From Methanosarcinales archaeon (GTDB lineage Bacteria > Omnitrophota > Gorgyraeia > Duberdicusellales > 4484-171): a stretch of 64,000 nt of DNA. The notes below the pieces were generated by a model that searched no databases, was not told the DNA's origin, and saw only the letters and a program-made list of their open reading frames with translations. Location: contig JAIWAR010000003.1 of the NCBI GenBank assembly GCA_048634245.1, positions 2,401 to 66,400 on the forward strand, written 5' to 3'. This document shows positions 1 to 12,200 of the stretch, piece by piece. Both the position numbers and the translations under genes were made by a program. The first letter of the stretch is position 1; each line of letters begins with the position of its first letter.

Positions 1-1
1 G

Positions 2-247
2 GAAACAGTATTTAGGAATAGAGAAGAGCAGGAAAGAAAGTTAAGGAAGGAGATAGAAAGAGCAAAGGATAGAGGAGAAAATACACAAGGAATGGGAGCG
101 ATGAGTCCGGAAGAAGTGACTCGTTTTGTAAACTTTTTTGAGCGGTTGACAGTACATATGCTGGAGGAGATGCCTAAGAGAGCAGATCTGGTATTTGAGA
201 TGAGTGGCGGACATAGGATAAAGAATGTTTATCGTAATGAAAAATAT
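2..247 (+). other. Module: C-terminus of D-glycerate 3-kinase (GLYK-type)
   Basis: REEQERKL...MSPEEVTRFVNFFERLTVHMLEEMPKRADLVFEMSGGH matches the GLYK C-terminal pattern; ends at DGG 248-256. Confidence 0.7.
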
Positions 248-3200
248 GACGGGGGGAGTGAAAAATCGGATTTAAGTAAACATACAGGATCAGTTAAAGT
301 AACGGGGATAGTCAATGGCGTAGATATACAAAAGGTATTAGAGAAATACAATTTATCAAATATGCCTGCAGACACTGATGAAGAGATAAATGAGTTTAGG
401 GTGGCTTTAGCAGGGGCGATACGAGAAGAAGTGGGCGAAATAGATATCGGGTTGTTGATACCGTATTACCAGGAATATGGTAACGCGCCGCATGTGTTAA
501 GGACAATGATTGCCGGGTATGAGGGGTACTTTTCGGATAAACGAGCAGTGGTCATTGCGGTAGGGACAAAGGCCGCGGGTGAAGCCGGAGAACGAGCGCG
601 AGTATTATTAGAGGAAGAAGCGAATAAGCATGAGGGGAATCTTAATATTATAATTTTACACCTTGATGAAATAGAGAGAGGAAAAGGCCGCGGTTTGAGA
701 TGGGCATTTACGATTGCGCACGCCTTAAGGGCAGAGGCGATATTGCATTTAGACGCGGATTTGTATACAGAGATTAAAGGTGTATCGAGCAGAGAAAAAG
801 CAATTAATTGGAAAGAGTGCCCGGAAGAAAAATTCATGAGTTATATGGAATCACATCGTTTGCGTGGATTAAGCCCCTACTGGATAAAAGCGATGGTGGA
901 ACCGGTACTAGAGAGAGAAGTTGGATTAGTACTTCCGTACTATGTGCGGCCGATATTTGACGGAATGATTACTAAGTTTCTTATGTACATATGGGCTGTA
1001 GTATTTTATAAAGTAAATATAGAGCAGATAATCGCCGGAGATTTTTGTTTGTCAGGTAAGTTCGTGGATATGCTGTTAGAAGATGAGAAATTGTGGAAGG
1101 ATGAGAATTTCAATACGTTTGGATATGACAATGTTGTGACATCGTTGGCGATAGTGAAAGATTTTAAGATTATTCAAGCAGCGTTGGGAGAGAAATTGCA
1201 TAATGATAGTTCACGGATAAAAGAAAGAGTTATAAATGATAAGCAAATAGAAGAGCTAAAGAATGCTCGCGTTATTTTTGAAAAGAAAACAGGAGAATTT
1301 GAATTTGTGATAAACGATCAAACCGCAATAAAAGCGCGGATACGGGCGTATGTGTATGAACACCCTGAATCGAGTTTGCAGGATATAATATTATTAGATG
1401 AGATGGAGATAGATGGCAGGATTGTAAGGATAAAAGAAGACAATTTACGTCTTATGTTTAAGGAAGTATTCGCAGGAGCACATAGGTTTATGATAGAGAG
1501 GTGCGATGAGCTGGAAGCATTGATGGAAAGCGAGGTAACTAATATAGAGGTAACCGGACCGGAGTATCTACAGCGGATTTTACCGGTACAGATACAGTTA
1601 GATTATGAGAAGGTATTAGCAAAGTTTATAGAAGGGTATAATCTTTATTCGGGGATAATTAGTAATATAGTAAGTAGTAATAAAGAGACTTTTTCAGATA
1701 CGATAAAAGAATTAGTGAAAATAGCCGAAGAGGATCCCGATAATTTTGAATTTACAAATGAGTTATATGCGAAGATATTTCTTAAAGTAGCCGTGAGTAA
1801 ACAGAAAGGTATAGGTGATATAGATTTGGTGTTAGCGATGGAAGTATTATGGAGAGGAAGAGTCGCTTCATTTATAAAGAGAATAAATAAATACGCTAAG
1901 GAAAAGACGGAAGAGTATGGGCCGGAGGAAGCATATGAAATGGCGTATAAGTATTCACAGCATTTAGTAAGCGAACAATTGAGGATGGTAGAGCTGATAT
2001 TAGCACGGTATGCAGAGAGGTATAGAAACGCATTGCGAGAAAATGGGAATAACAAGGCTGCGGTGCGGGGTGATAAGCAATATGATGGTGGCAAGGCAGC
2101 TGAAGACGCAATACGCGAAGAGAAAAGACAAACGCGTTCTGTCTACAATGAGGCAATGAAAACGCCGTTCAAAAAGGCTGAAATTATAGGCAAGGTTGAT
2201 ATTGTTATTGGCATACCCTTTTTTGATGAAGTAGAGACAGTAGGTAATGTATTTAAGAAAGTAGTGGAGGACTTGAAAGAACATCACTCTGACAAGGAGT
2301 CTGCGATAATCTGCGCCGGCGGCCCTTCAGGCAAGCCTGCTCAGAAAGCTTTAAAAATTCTTGAAGGTATTACCCTGCCTTCCAATATAAAAAGGATAGC
2401 CTTTATTCTGCCTATTAGAGGTAAGGGCATAGGAGGAATGAGGCCGGTTATGGAACTAGCTGATATGTTGGGCGCTGAGGCCTGCACTTTCATTGACGCT
2501 GATGAGCGCAAGGTAACTAAAGAATGGGTTTCTCTTATGGTTAACCCCATATTAAATCAGGGATATGACTTTATTTCTTCCCGTTATGCTCGTTATAAAC
2601 ACTCCGCCACAATTACCAATCATCTAGCCTATCTTTTGATTGGAGCAATTTATGGACTAATAGTACGCCAGCCTATTGGCGGAGAATTTGCCCTTTCAAG
2701 AAGATTGATAAAATTATATCTTAAAAATCCTGAAGTCTGGTTTACCAATGTAGGTACTTACGGGGTAGATAATTGGCTTACTACAACAGCTATTGTTAAT
2801 AAGGTGAAAATGGGCGAGGTTGATTTAGGCATTAAAGCGCATAGTTTTAGTGCTTTTCCTAAACGGGGGGGGATGTTTATCCAGGTAACCAGTGAAATAT
2901 TTAGCCAGGTAAAGAAAAATGCGCCTTTCTGGAAAAAAGTAGAAAAGGTTAAGCCTATTGATACTGTTGGCCCGTTGAAGGGGGAAACACCTGAATCTGT
3001 ACCTCAGAAGTACAGGGAGTGGCTTGGCAAGTTTAAGGATAATTTCGAGAAAAATCTTCCTACATACAAAGAGATATTGCCGAGAGATATAGTTAATGAA
3101 TTAAAAATTCTGGTTTATACTGAAAATGAAAACTTTGAACTTAAAGCTTCAGTTTGGGCAAAGATTGTTTATACTTTTCTTCTTCATTATAGTTTTAGTG

Positions 3201-6200
3201 AGGAGCCTATAGGAGAAAAATTCTGGGACGCGCTGGTTGCCATATGGCAGGCGCGGGTAGGTTCTTTTATCAGAGAGACCGAAAAAATGAGCCATGAGGA
3301 AGCAGGAGAAGTTATCTATAAACAACTTGAAGAGTTTATCAGCGCAAGAGAGGGATTTGTTAATGAATGGAGAGAGAAAGAAGCAGGTTTTGACGGCGGG
3401 ACAAAAAGTAACGACATAGCGAAACGTCTTTGTAAAATATTCGCAAGTGAGAGTAAGTGGTATAAGTATATTGAAAAAAGTAAAAACAAAAAAGGCATCA
3501 CTGATGATAGGGAAGTAGTTTTGGGAGTAATACCGAAAGGACATTTTGAAGAAACAGACGAATATGACGATATTATTGCTTTGCATGGCGGAACCGGCGG
3601 CGCGTCCTTTGGAAAGTCGGTAGGGTTTTCGGAAGTAGCTAAATTTCTCAGCCAGAAACTTTCAACTGGTTTAGCTATTTCGCCTCACGATACCGGAGGA
3701 GCTTCCCGCAAACTTCAGGATAGAGTAGCCGGAGTTTTAGGCTATATACCTTCACCGGGAGATACGATGAATATTCTTTCCGGATTCAGCTCTTTTTACA
3801 AAAAGCTTATTTTGGGGACAAGGTTTAAAGATGATATTCAGCCTCATGAACTTTTTGTTGATAAAATAACCGAATTGCTTCAGAAGGTAGTTAATATGTC
3901 CGAGGATAAAGTTTTAGTTAAGAGTAATAAATTAACATGTGATTATCTGGAGTTTTACGAAAACAACTATATTATTCACTACAATAAGAATACTCGTATT
4001 TTAACTTTTACGAATACAAAACATAAACCTAACGAAACCAAGAAAGATATAGTAAAGGTAAATTTAAGTACAATAGAGGAATCCAAAGAAATAGAATTCG
4101 ATGGATTTAGATTTACTTTATCTAATAAAAATAGTGATTTTATATTAGAGGCGCCCTTTTTATTGGATGAAGACTGGGCTTATTTCTCCGCTGCTTTGAT
4201 TAGACTGGCTGGTGTTGTAGATGGATTTAAGAAGAAGTATAACCTTAGTAATCTTTTAGCCGGGGGAAGCATACAGAATTTTCTAATTCTTGGAGCAATG
4301 CTTGATACAGACGCATATAATACTAATAGAAAAACCGTAGATATAGATAAGTATAAAAAAGGCATTTCCAACCTTTGTTATATACTTTGCATAAAAGATG
4401 TTTCTCTTAAAGTGTTTCTTTCTACCTTTGAGGAAGGCACCCTCTACGTTAGGCTTAAAGATATGACTATTATAAAAGGAGGAGTTAACTATCAGCTAAA
4501 AGACGAAAACAAAGATGAGTTAGCAGAGGCAGGTGTAAAAATAGAACACTCGGAAATGGGCGAGTTTGATTTAGATATAAACGGCAGGTCTCTTAAAATA
4601 ATACAAGATATAAACGGAGTGGTTTATCGTAATTATCCAGATAAGGAAGACAGTAAAACTCAGGTTATTTTAACTCTGGGCAATAAGTTTTCTTTAGATT
4701 ATTCTTCGACAAAAGTGAATATAGAAAAAGATACAGAAGGAAATATAAAGATTACTTACGTGCAGAAGGGGAAAAAGCCGTTGACAGAAGATATGGTGAT
4801 AGGAAAAGAGTTTCCCATTATCTTCCAGTCTGAGTTTGAAGACTTAGGAGAAGGTGATAAACATTCTATAGCCAAAGTAATGCTTAATAAGAACAGTGAA
4901 ATTATAGTTACTCTGGATACACGGGGAGAAGGTGTTACCTTTTATCTAGGCGGGGAGGAAGTTGGCATAAAAGGAAGATTGGTTATTGAGCAAACTTGGA
5001 TTACAGAGAGTTTGCACTCAACGGGAATACAAAAGCTCGGTTTTATTAATAAAGCTTCTCCCAGTTATTATGATGAGCTGATTAGAAGGATAGAGAACAC
5101 CAACCTCTTAATTATGGGCCCGGGCAGTTTTTATACCAGCCTTCTCTCTATTCTTTTAATCCCGGAGATAGTTGAAGCATTAAAAAAGAGAATCAAGGAG
5201 GGAAAACCCAATCTTTATATATTTAACCCCTATATGGATAATGAAACTGTAGGTTTAAATAAGATTTCTGAAATAATAGATGCATTTGAGAGGTTTATTC
5301 CAGGAGTAAAGTTCAGCGATTTGTTTAATTACGTATTAATAAATGAATTAGAGGAAATTGAAAAAGATGCCCGTAATGGTGACGATGATGCTTTAAGGGC
5401 GTTAGAGCTTATGGATGAAATGGAGAGTAAACTTCAAGAATCAAAAGGCCGGCAAACTCGGACAGCAGGAGATTTTGCCAAGTTTTCAAAATATTCCCGA
5501 GGGGCTATTAAGTTTGATAAAGAAGCATTGTCTCTTTTATATCGGGATAATGTTAAAATATTTACCATAAAGGCGGCATTGGGCAAAAGAGCAGTACGTA
5601 AGGCTGGTAAAGCAGGAATAGAGGAAACTGTAAGATATGGAGAAGAAAATATTGCCAGAGTGATTGATGAAATTTACTGGATAGAAGAAAGGCTGAAGAA
5701 AGCGCCTAGATATACCAAAGTTCTTAGTGAATATTTTGAAGGTAATGAACCCGAATTAATACGCGAGATCGAGCGTTATCTAAATCAGGTAAAGGGAATG
5801 AGTCATCTTAATGTGATTTCGCAGTTCTTTGATGAATTAGAAGGTAAAAATAGGCAGCAGGGCGGTGATTTAGCAGGAGAATTCTTTGACACGCAGTTAA
5901 TCATATCTAACTTTAAACATACATTAGTCAAATATGATTCCTCTCGGCTTACAGATAAATTACAAAAATCTCTAAACAGTTTTTTAAAGAATAAACACAT
6001 GGTAGTTATTACCGGGCTTAAAATAGAAGATATGGAGAAGTCTTTTATTAACAGAATAGATGAAAATGTACGTAAAAACTTGATTATTGCTGAATGTTCA
6101 GGGGCAATTGTTTGGTATTTTAACAAAAAGGGGGAAAAAGAATTACTTTATTCGATGTGGGATGAAATAAGCGATAAAACTGATTTAAGGATAAAGTGGA

Positions 6201-9200
6201 ATAAGATTATAGATGATGCTATGTTTGAATTTAATCTGGATAAAAAATCGGAAGATGCAAAAGGAAATATACTGGATGAAATTACAAAAGTTGATAGAGG
6301 CGCCCAGATTACTTTGGAATTTGCTGAGAGAACTCACCTGAGTTTTGAGTTAAGTTTTGATATTAATAAAAAATTAGACTCTAATTTACCTATGATAGGC
6401 AAAGACGGAGATATGAGAACTCCTGTATGTAGGTATTTTAATACAAAATTTAAACAAAAGAAATTACCTTTAGTTGCTATTAAAGGCGGCACAGGCGCAA
6501 TTAATATAATACTTAAGAAGGTAGAAAACAAGGGGGATATAGTAAGGACAATATTACGTCTGGCTAAAGTTAAAGGAATAATACCTGAAGATAATTTAGA
6601 TGAAGACATTCTTGTTACCGGCAAAGATAATCGTGAGGTTATAGAAGAATTCCCATTGGCACATTGGCTGATGTTTAGGCAGGAAGAAGTACCTTTGGAA
6701 TTAAAAGACAGAATCGACAGGTGGCAGGGCGCTTACGGTGTAAAAGGAGTAGAAGAGTTCTTTGAAAGATTATTAGAAGACAAAAACGGCAATAAAGACG
6801 GCGGCAGCCTTTCCAAACCTGTATCGGAAGGGGTTGTGTTTGACGGGGGGAAGAATAGGAAAGATTTAGATATAAAAAAGCATCTTAGGAAGATATTCGA
6901 AGGCAATTTAGATGAAAATATCGAAAAAAGCGCAAAGAAAAAAGGTATTACCAAAGAAGAAGTAATCTCCGAAAAGACGCCGCCGGAACGAGAAATAAGA
7001 AAACCGGGGCAACCTGATGATATTGTGGCTTTGTATGGCGGTACAGGGGGAAGATTCTTTGGAGAATCGTTGAGATTCTCGGAATTAGTTAATTTTCTTA
7101 AACAGAAACTTCATGTTCTTTTCGCTATCTCACCTCATGATGACGGGGGCGCTTCCCGCAAGCTTCAAGAAATGGTAGAAAAAGTTTTAGGGTATATACC
7201 TTCACCAGGCGACACAATGAATATTCTTTCAGGGTCCAGCTCTTTTTATAAGAAACTTATCTTAGGAACAAGATTCGCAAAAGACTTAGAAGACCATGAG
7301 ACCTTTACCGATAAGATAACTGAATTTCTTAAAAAGGTAGTGGATATGACTCAGGATAAAGTCTTGGTTGAAGATAGTAAGCTGGTATACACCGGACAGT
7401 TAGAGTTATATGAAACTGTTTATGGCATCGATTATGACGGGGAAAAATGCGTTTTATATTTTGCTGACATAAAAAAGCCGGAAGTAAAGATAGAAGTAGA
7501 ATTAAATAAAATAGAAGAATCTAAAGTAATAAAGCTTGATGGTTTTGATTTTAAATTATCCAGGAAGAATAAGGATAAGTTTGTTTTAGAGGCGCCTTTT
7601 GAATTAGATGAGGATTGGCTGTATTTTTCTGCCGGTTTAATTAGGATAGCGGATATTGTAGATAAGTTTAAAGAGAAATACAATTTAAAGAATTTTCTGG
7701 CCGGAGGAAGTGTCCAGAATTTCATTCTTCTCGGGGCTATGCTTGAAACCGGAGCGTATAGCACCCAAAGAAAAATTGTAAATATAGGTGAATACAAAGA
7801 GGGCATAGTGAACCTTTGCTGTATATTGGGCGTGGAAAATCTTACTGTAGAGGTACTTCTTTCTACTTTTGAACCCGGCACCCTCTACGTTAAATTGAGT
7901 GATATGACTATTATAAAAGACGACACTAATTATCTCTTGAGAGAAGATAACAGGGAGAAGTTAGAAGAAGCAGGCGTAGATATAAAGTGCATTGATACCG
8001 GAAAGTTTGAGTTAGTGGTAAACGGTAAACGGTTTAAAATAAGCGAAAATATAGAGGGAAAGGTTTATCGCCATTATTTTGATAAAAAAGACAGCAAGAC
8101 CCAAGTTGTTATGCCGCTTCAGAAAGAGTTTTCTTTTGAGTATGCTTCGGTAAAGGTGAACATAGAAGAAGATTCCCACGGCAGAATAAAGATTATTTAT
8201 AAGCAAAAAGGTAAAAAAGCTGAGGAAAGAGTTATGAATGCGGGAAAAGAATATTTAGCTGCTTTACCTTCAGAATGGGGCAAATTAGGAGAAAAAGATA
8301 AATATTCTATTGCCAGGGTGATGCTTACTAAAAAGAAAGATATTGTGGTTACCTTGGATACGCGGGGATTAGGCGTTATTCTTTATTTAGGCGCTGAGGC
8401 GCTGAGTATAAAGGGGAGATTGGTTATTGAGCAAACATGGATTACAGAAAGTATTCATTCCGCAAAGATACAGGAACTTGGTTTTATTAATAATGCCGCT
8501 CCCCGGCATTACGAGGAGTTGGTTGAAAGAATAAAGAAAGCCAAATTTTTAAGTATGGGGCCGGGCAGTATTTATACTAGTCTTCTTCCTATTCTTTTAA
8601 TTCCGGAGATAATTGAGGCCTTAGAAGAAAGAACTAAAAAACACAAACCCAGCATTTTTATATTCAATCCTTATATGGATAACGAAACAATAGGTTTAGA
8701 TAAGGTTTCTAAAATAATGGAGGCATTTGAAAGGTTTACAGGTAAAAAATTCAGTTCTTTATTTAACTTTGTAGCTGTGAATGATTTAGAAGAGATTAAG
8801 AAAGAAGCGCAGAAAGGCAGGGAAAAGAGCAGGAAGTTATTAGGGCTTATGAACGAGACGAAAAGTAAGCTTAAAGCATTAAAAGGAGAGGGAAAACAGG
8901 TTCGTACAGGAGCGGATTTTGCTAAATTTTCTAAATATTCTTGTGGCCCCATTGAGTTTGATGAAAAAGCCTTAGCGTCTTTGTCTGCAGGCGGAGTCGA
9001 GATACTTACTATAAAAGCAGAGCTGGGTGAAAGGCAGGTACGCAAGAAAGGAAAAGCAGGGACAGAAGAGGCAGTAACATATGAAGGACGCGATATAGCT
9101 AAAATAATCGATGAGATATATGGGAAAGAGAAGGGAGTAAGCCGGCTAATAGCTAAAGACGCAATCCCCCCCTACGCTAAAGCTTCGGAGGGCAGGCGCG

Positions 9201-12200
9201 ATATGGAGGATGTACGACGAATAACTGACGGCGGCAAGCGTTTTAATGAGGATGATGTTAAGAAGTATTATAAGCGGGGGCTTGGCCAGTTGAATGACGG
9301 TAAGCTTGAGCAGGCACTGAGTTCTTTTTATAAGGCTTTGAGTGTATATAATTTAATATTGAGCGTGGATGCTTCTAAGAGGGAAGATGAAGGATTAAAA
9401 GAACTGTGTTCAAAGAGTGAACAGAAGATTAGTTCTATTGAAAGGGGCGGGAAAAATGGATTGGAAGGATTTTTTCTTCATCGGGTCAATTCTCAAAATG
9501 GCCGGCTGTTTAAGTCGGATAAACCGGTTAACTGGATAAACGGGCATAAAAAAGGTATTTGGCATGCTACCGCGCAGGTTCTTGTTATAGATCAATCCGG
9601 CCGTATGCTAATTCAGGTTCGGGAGGATATGGAAAGAAAAAAAGACCTTGCGGCAAGCGGGCATCTAAAGCCGAATGAGTCATACGAAAAGCAGGCTCTT
9701 CGGGTGATTGATGAGACTCTCTTTTCACCAAAGGAAGACTCTTTACGGCCGTTGCTTGAAGGGCGAAAGGTAGGCCGCAGGGATTTTGAAGGTGAGTCAG
9801 GGTGTGATGATTCTAACACTTTCTATTCAGCTTCAAAAGAAGAGCGGAACCTCGAGTATTGCCGGTTTTTTCTATATATCCTTAGTGCTGAAGAATTGAG
9901 GGAAATTGAAGAGGAAATTAGAAGTGAGAGTGACTCAATGTTTAGATTTCGTCCCCTTGAGCAGTCATTAATTGAATGTATTCAAACTCGACCCGAACAG
10001 TTTGTCAGCACAATTCTTCAATTATTCTGCAGTGATTACAATATAGAGCTCGTCAAAATGAGGATTTTGGAGGAACTATTTAGAATTCTTAAAGAAATAA
10101 GAAATAATCCGGAGTCTGCAAAAACAGAATATGTTAATAGTATTAGAAAATTTGCGGAAAAAGTAATTGAGTGGAGAAAAGACTGGCGAGATTATGGCAC
10201 AACAGATGAGAAATATAAGACAGAAGAGATGATAGAGTCAGAAGATAAGGATGCTTTTGGCAGGCGTCGCGCCCGTGCCATTTCCGAATTAAAAATTTTA
10301 CATCGGCAATGTTTAATACTTGTAACCTGGCAAGAACTCCTTGGTTATTACCAAAACGAAGAAAAACAGTTAAAGTCAGAAAAGTCGTTTTTTTGCGTAG
10401 ATAAGGCTATTGAGCTTATGGGCAGGGTATATGGAAATGAGGCAAAAACAGTTCAGGGGAGAGCGTTATTAAGTATTTTCTTAAGAAAGGGAGTAAAATT
10501 AGAGAATAAACCCGATGGTACTTATTGTTTTAAGAAGGATGGTAAGGTCTTAGAAGGGGTAGCTATTAATGATAAAGACGAACTTGAAATTAGCCCGAGA
10601 ATAAGGAAAGGAATCGATACCATCCGTAAGGGCGCAATTGCCGCGGATATGGATTTGACCACTGCATTTCGCGATGAGAATATAGATACAGAGATGCTTA
10701 ACCATATTAGCCGGCTTATGATGTTAGGAATACGCTACGGAATAATTTCAGCAAATGAATTTGAAAAACAATTTACGCGTTCTGTGACTGAATTTATCCC
10801 TCTAAGGTTATTATATAAGTGTTTTGTTATTTACGCGAGCGGAGCTGGTGTGAAGGCAAAATTTGATCAAGAAGGTAATATTTTACCGGATGAAAAATAC
10901 ACACGGAGTTTCACAGAGGCTCAAGTAGAAGAATTAAACACTTTTTTAACTAAACTTACTTATATCTGGGAAGAAGTAGTAAGGGTTTTGCGGGAGAATG
11001 TAGAAAAAGATGAAGACAAATTGACATTAAATGATATTGAAATGATAGAAAGAAAAATTAAGGATAGATTTAAGAAGAAAGAAATTAAGGATGCCAATAA
11101 GGTTATTTTAGATAAATACCAGGTAAATATCGTAGAGATATTAAACCAAAATATAACGAAGATCCTCCGAGATATAAGTGAAATTTTAAATTCTTCACCT
11201 GAATTTGAAGAAGGAAAGGATGCCAGAAAAGAAGAAAAGAGGTTAAAGTATAAGAAAAAGCTTGAGGCACAATTAGATCTTGACTATTCCGAAGAAAAAT
11301 TAAAAGATACAGGAAATTGGCCGTTTATAGACTTAAGAACAAACATAGGTAAAGATAAGTTAATCCAAATTACTATAAAGCCTATATATCCTGCCGAAAA
11401 ACATATTGCCTCAAAAGAAAATTCCGCAAGAGAAATATTGGGTAACTTAATTATAGAACCGGTGGTTAAGAAAATCAATTCTTTACTTTTAGAAATTCAG
11501 CCGGGACTAGTCCCTATAGAAATCACTTTAGGCGGTTCAACTAGTATCGATTTCGCGAGAAAGGACATTAATAAGAGCATTGCGGCAGAAGATTTGATAA
11601 GAGGGGCAAGACTTGAGAAAGAACGCGATCTTCTTCTTGCCATTGGTGATGAATTTATTTTTACAGGAGTTGATTTCGCATTTCTTAAGACTCCGAAAAT
11701 AACTGTTATTTCGGTTGAAGACACAAAGGACAATAAAGAACGTCAGTATAAAAAAGCCGATAAAAAGAAAATTAAAGCAAAGTGTTTCTGGAGCGGGAAT
11801 TATCCTGAGCTTGGCGGGGTCGGAATTAGCGCTACCTTAGGGATTTATTTAATGCTCGAAGAGTTATACGCCGAAGAAATCTTTCGTTTATTTGAAGGCG
11901 ATAAGGACATTGTTCCTGCAATTCGCAGGTTAGGGCAAAGATTGGAAAAAGGACACTCACAACTAAATACCGCCGACGGCGGACAAATCGAAACAAAACC
12001 CTTAGAGCAGTTAAGCAGTTACAACAAACATAAAGAAAACTTCAAAATTGAATTCGGAACTAGCGGATGGAGAGGAGTAATCGGAAAAGATTTTGATATA
12101 CATAATGTAAGACGAGTAGCCCAGGCAGTAGCCGAGTATTACAATAACTATATAAAACAAGGGATACTGCTGATAGGGTTTGACCCCAGAAAAGGCAACA

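Noticed and set aside
7142-7150. DGG inside YvcK copy 2
   Set aside because: Part of the family's conserved DDGG(S/A) motif, so not counted as a junction.
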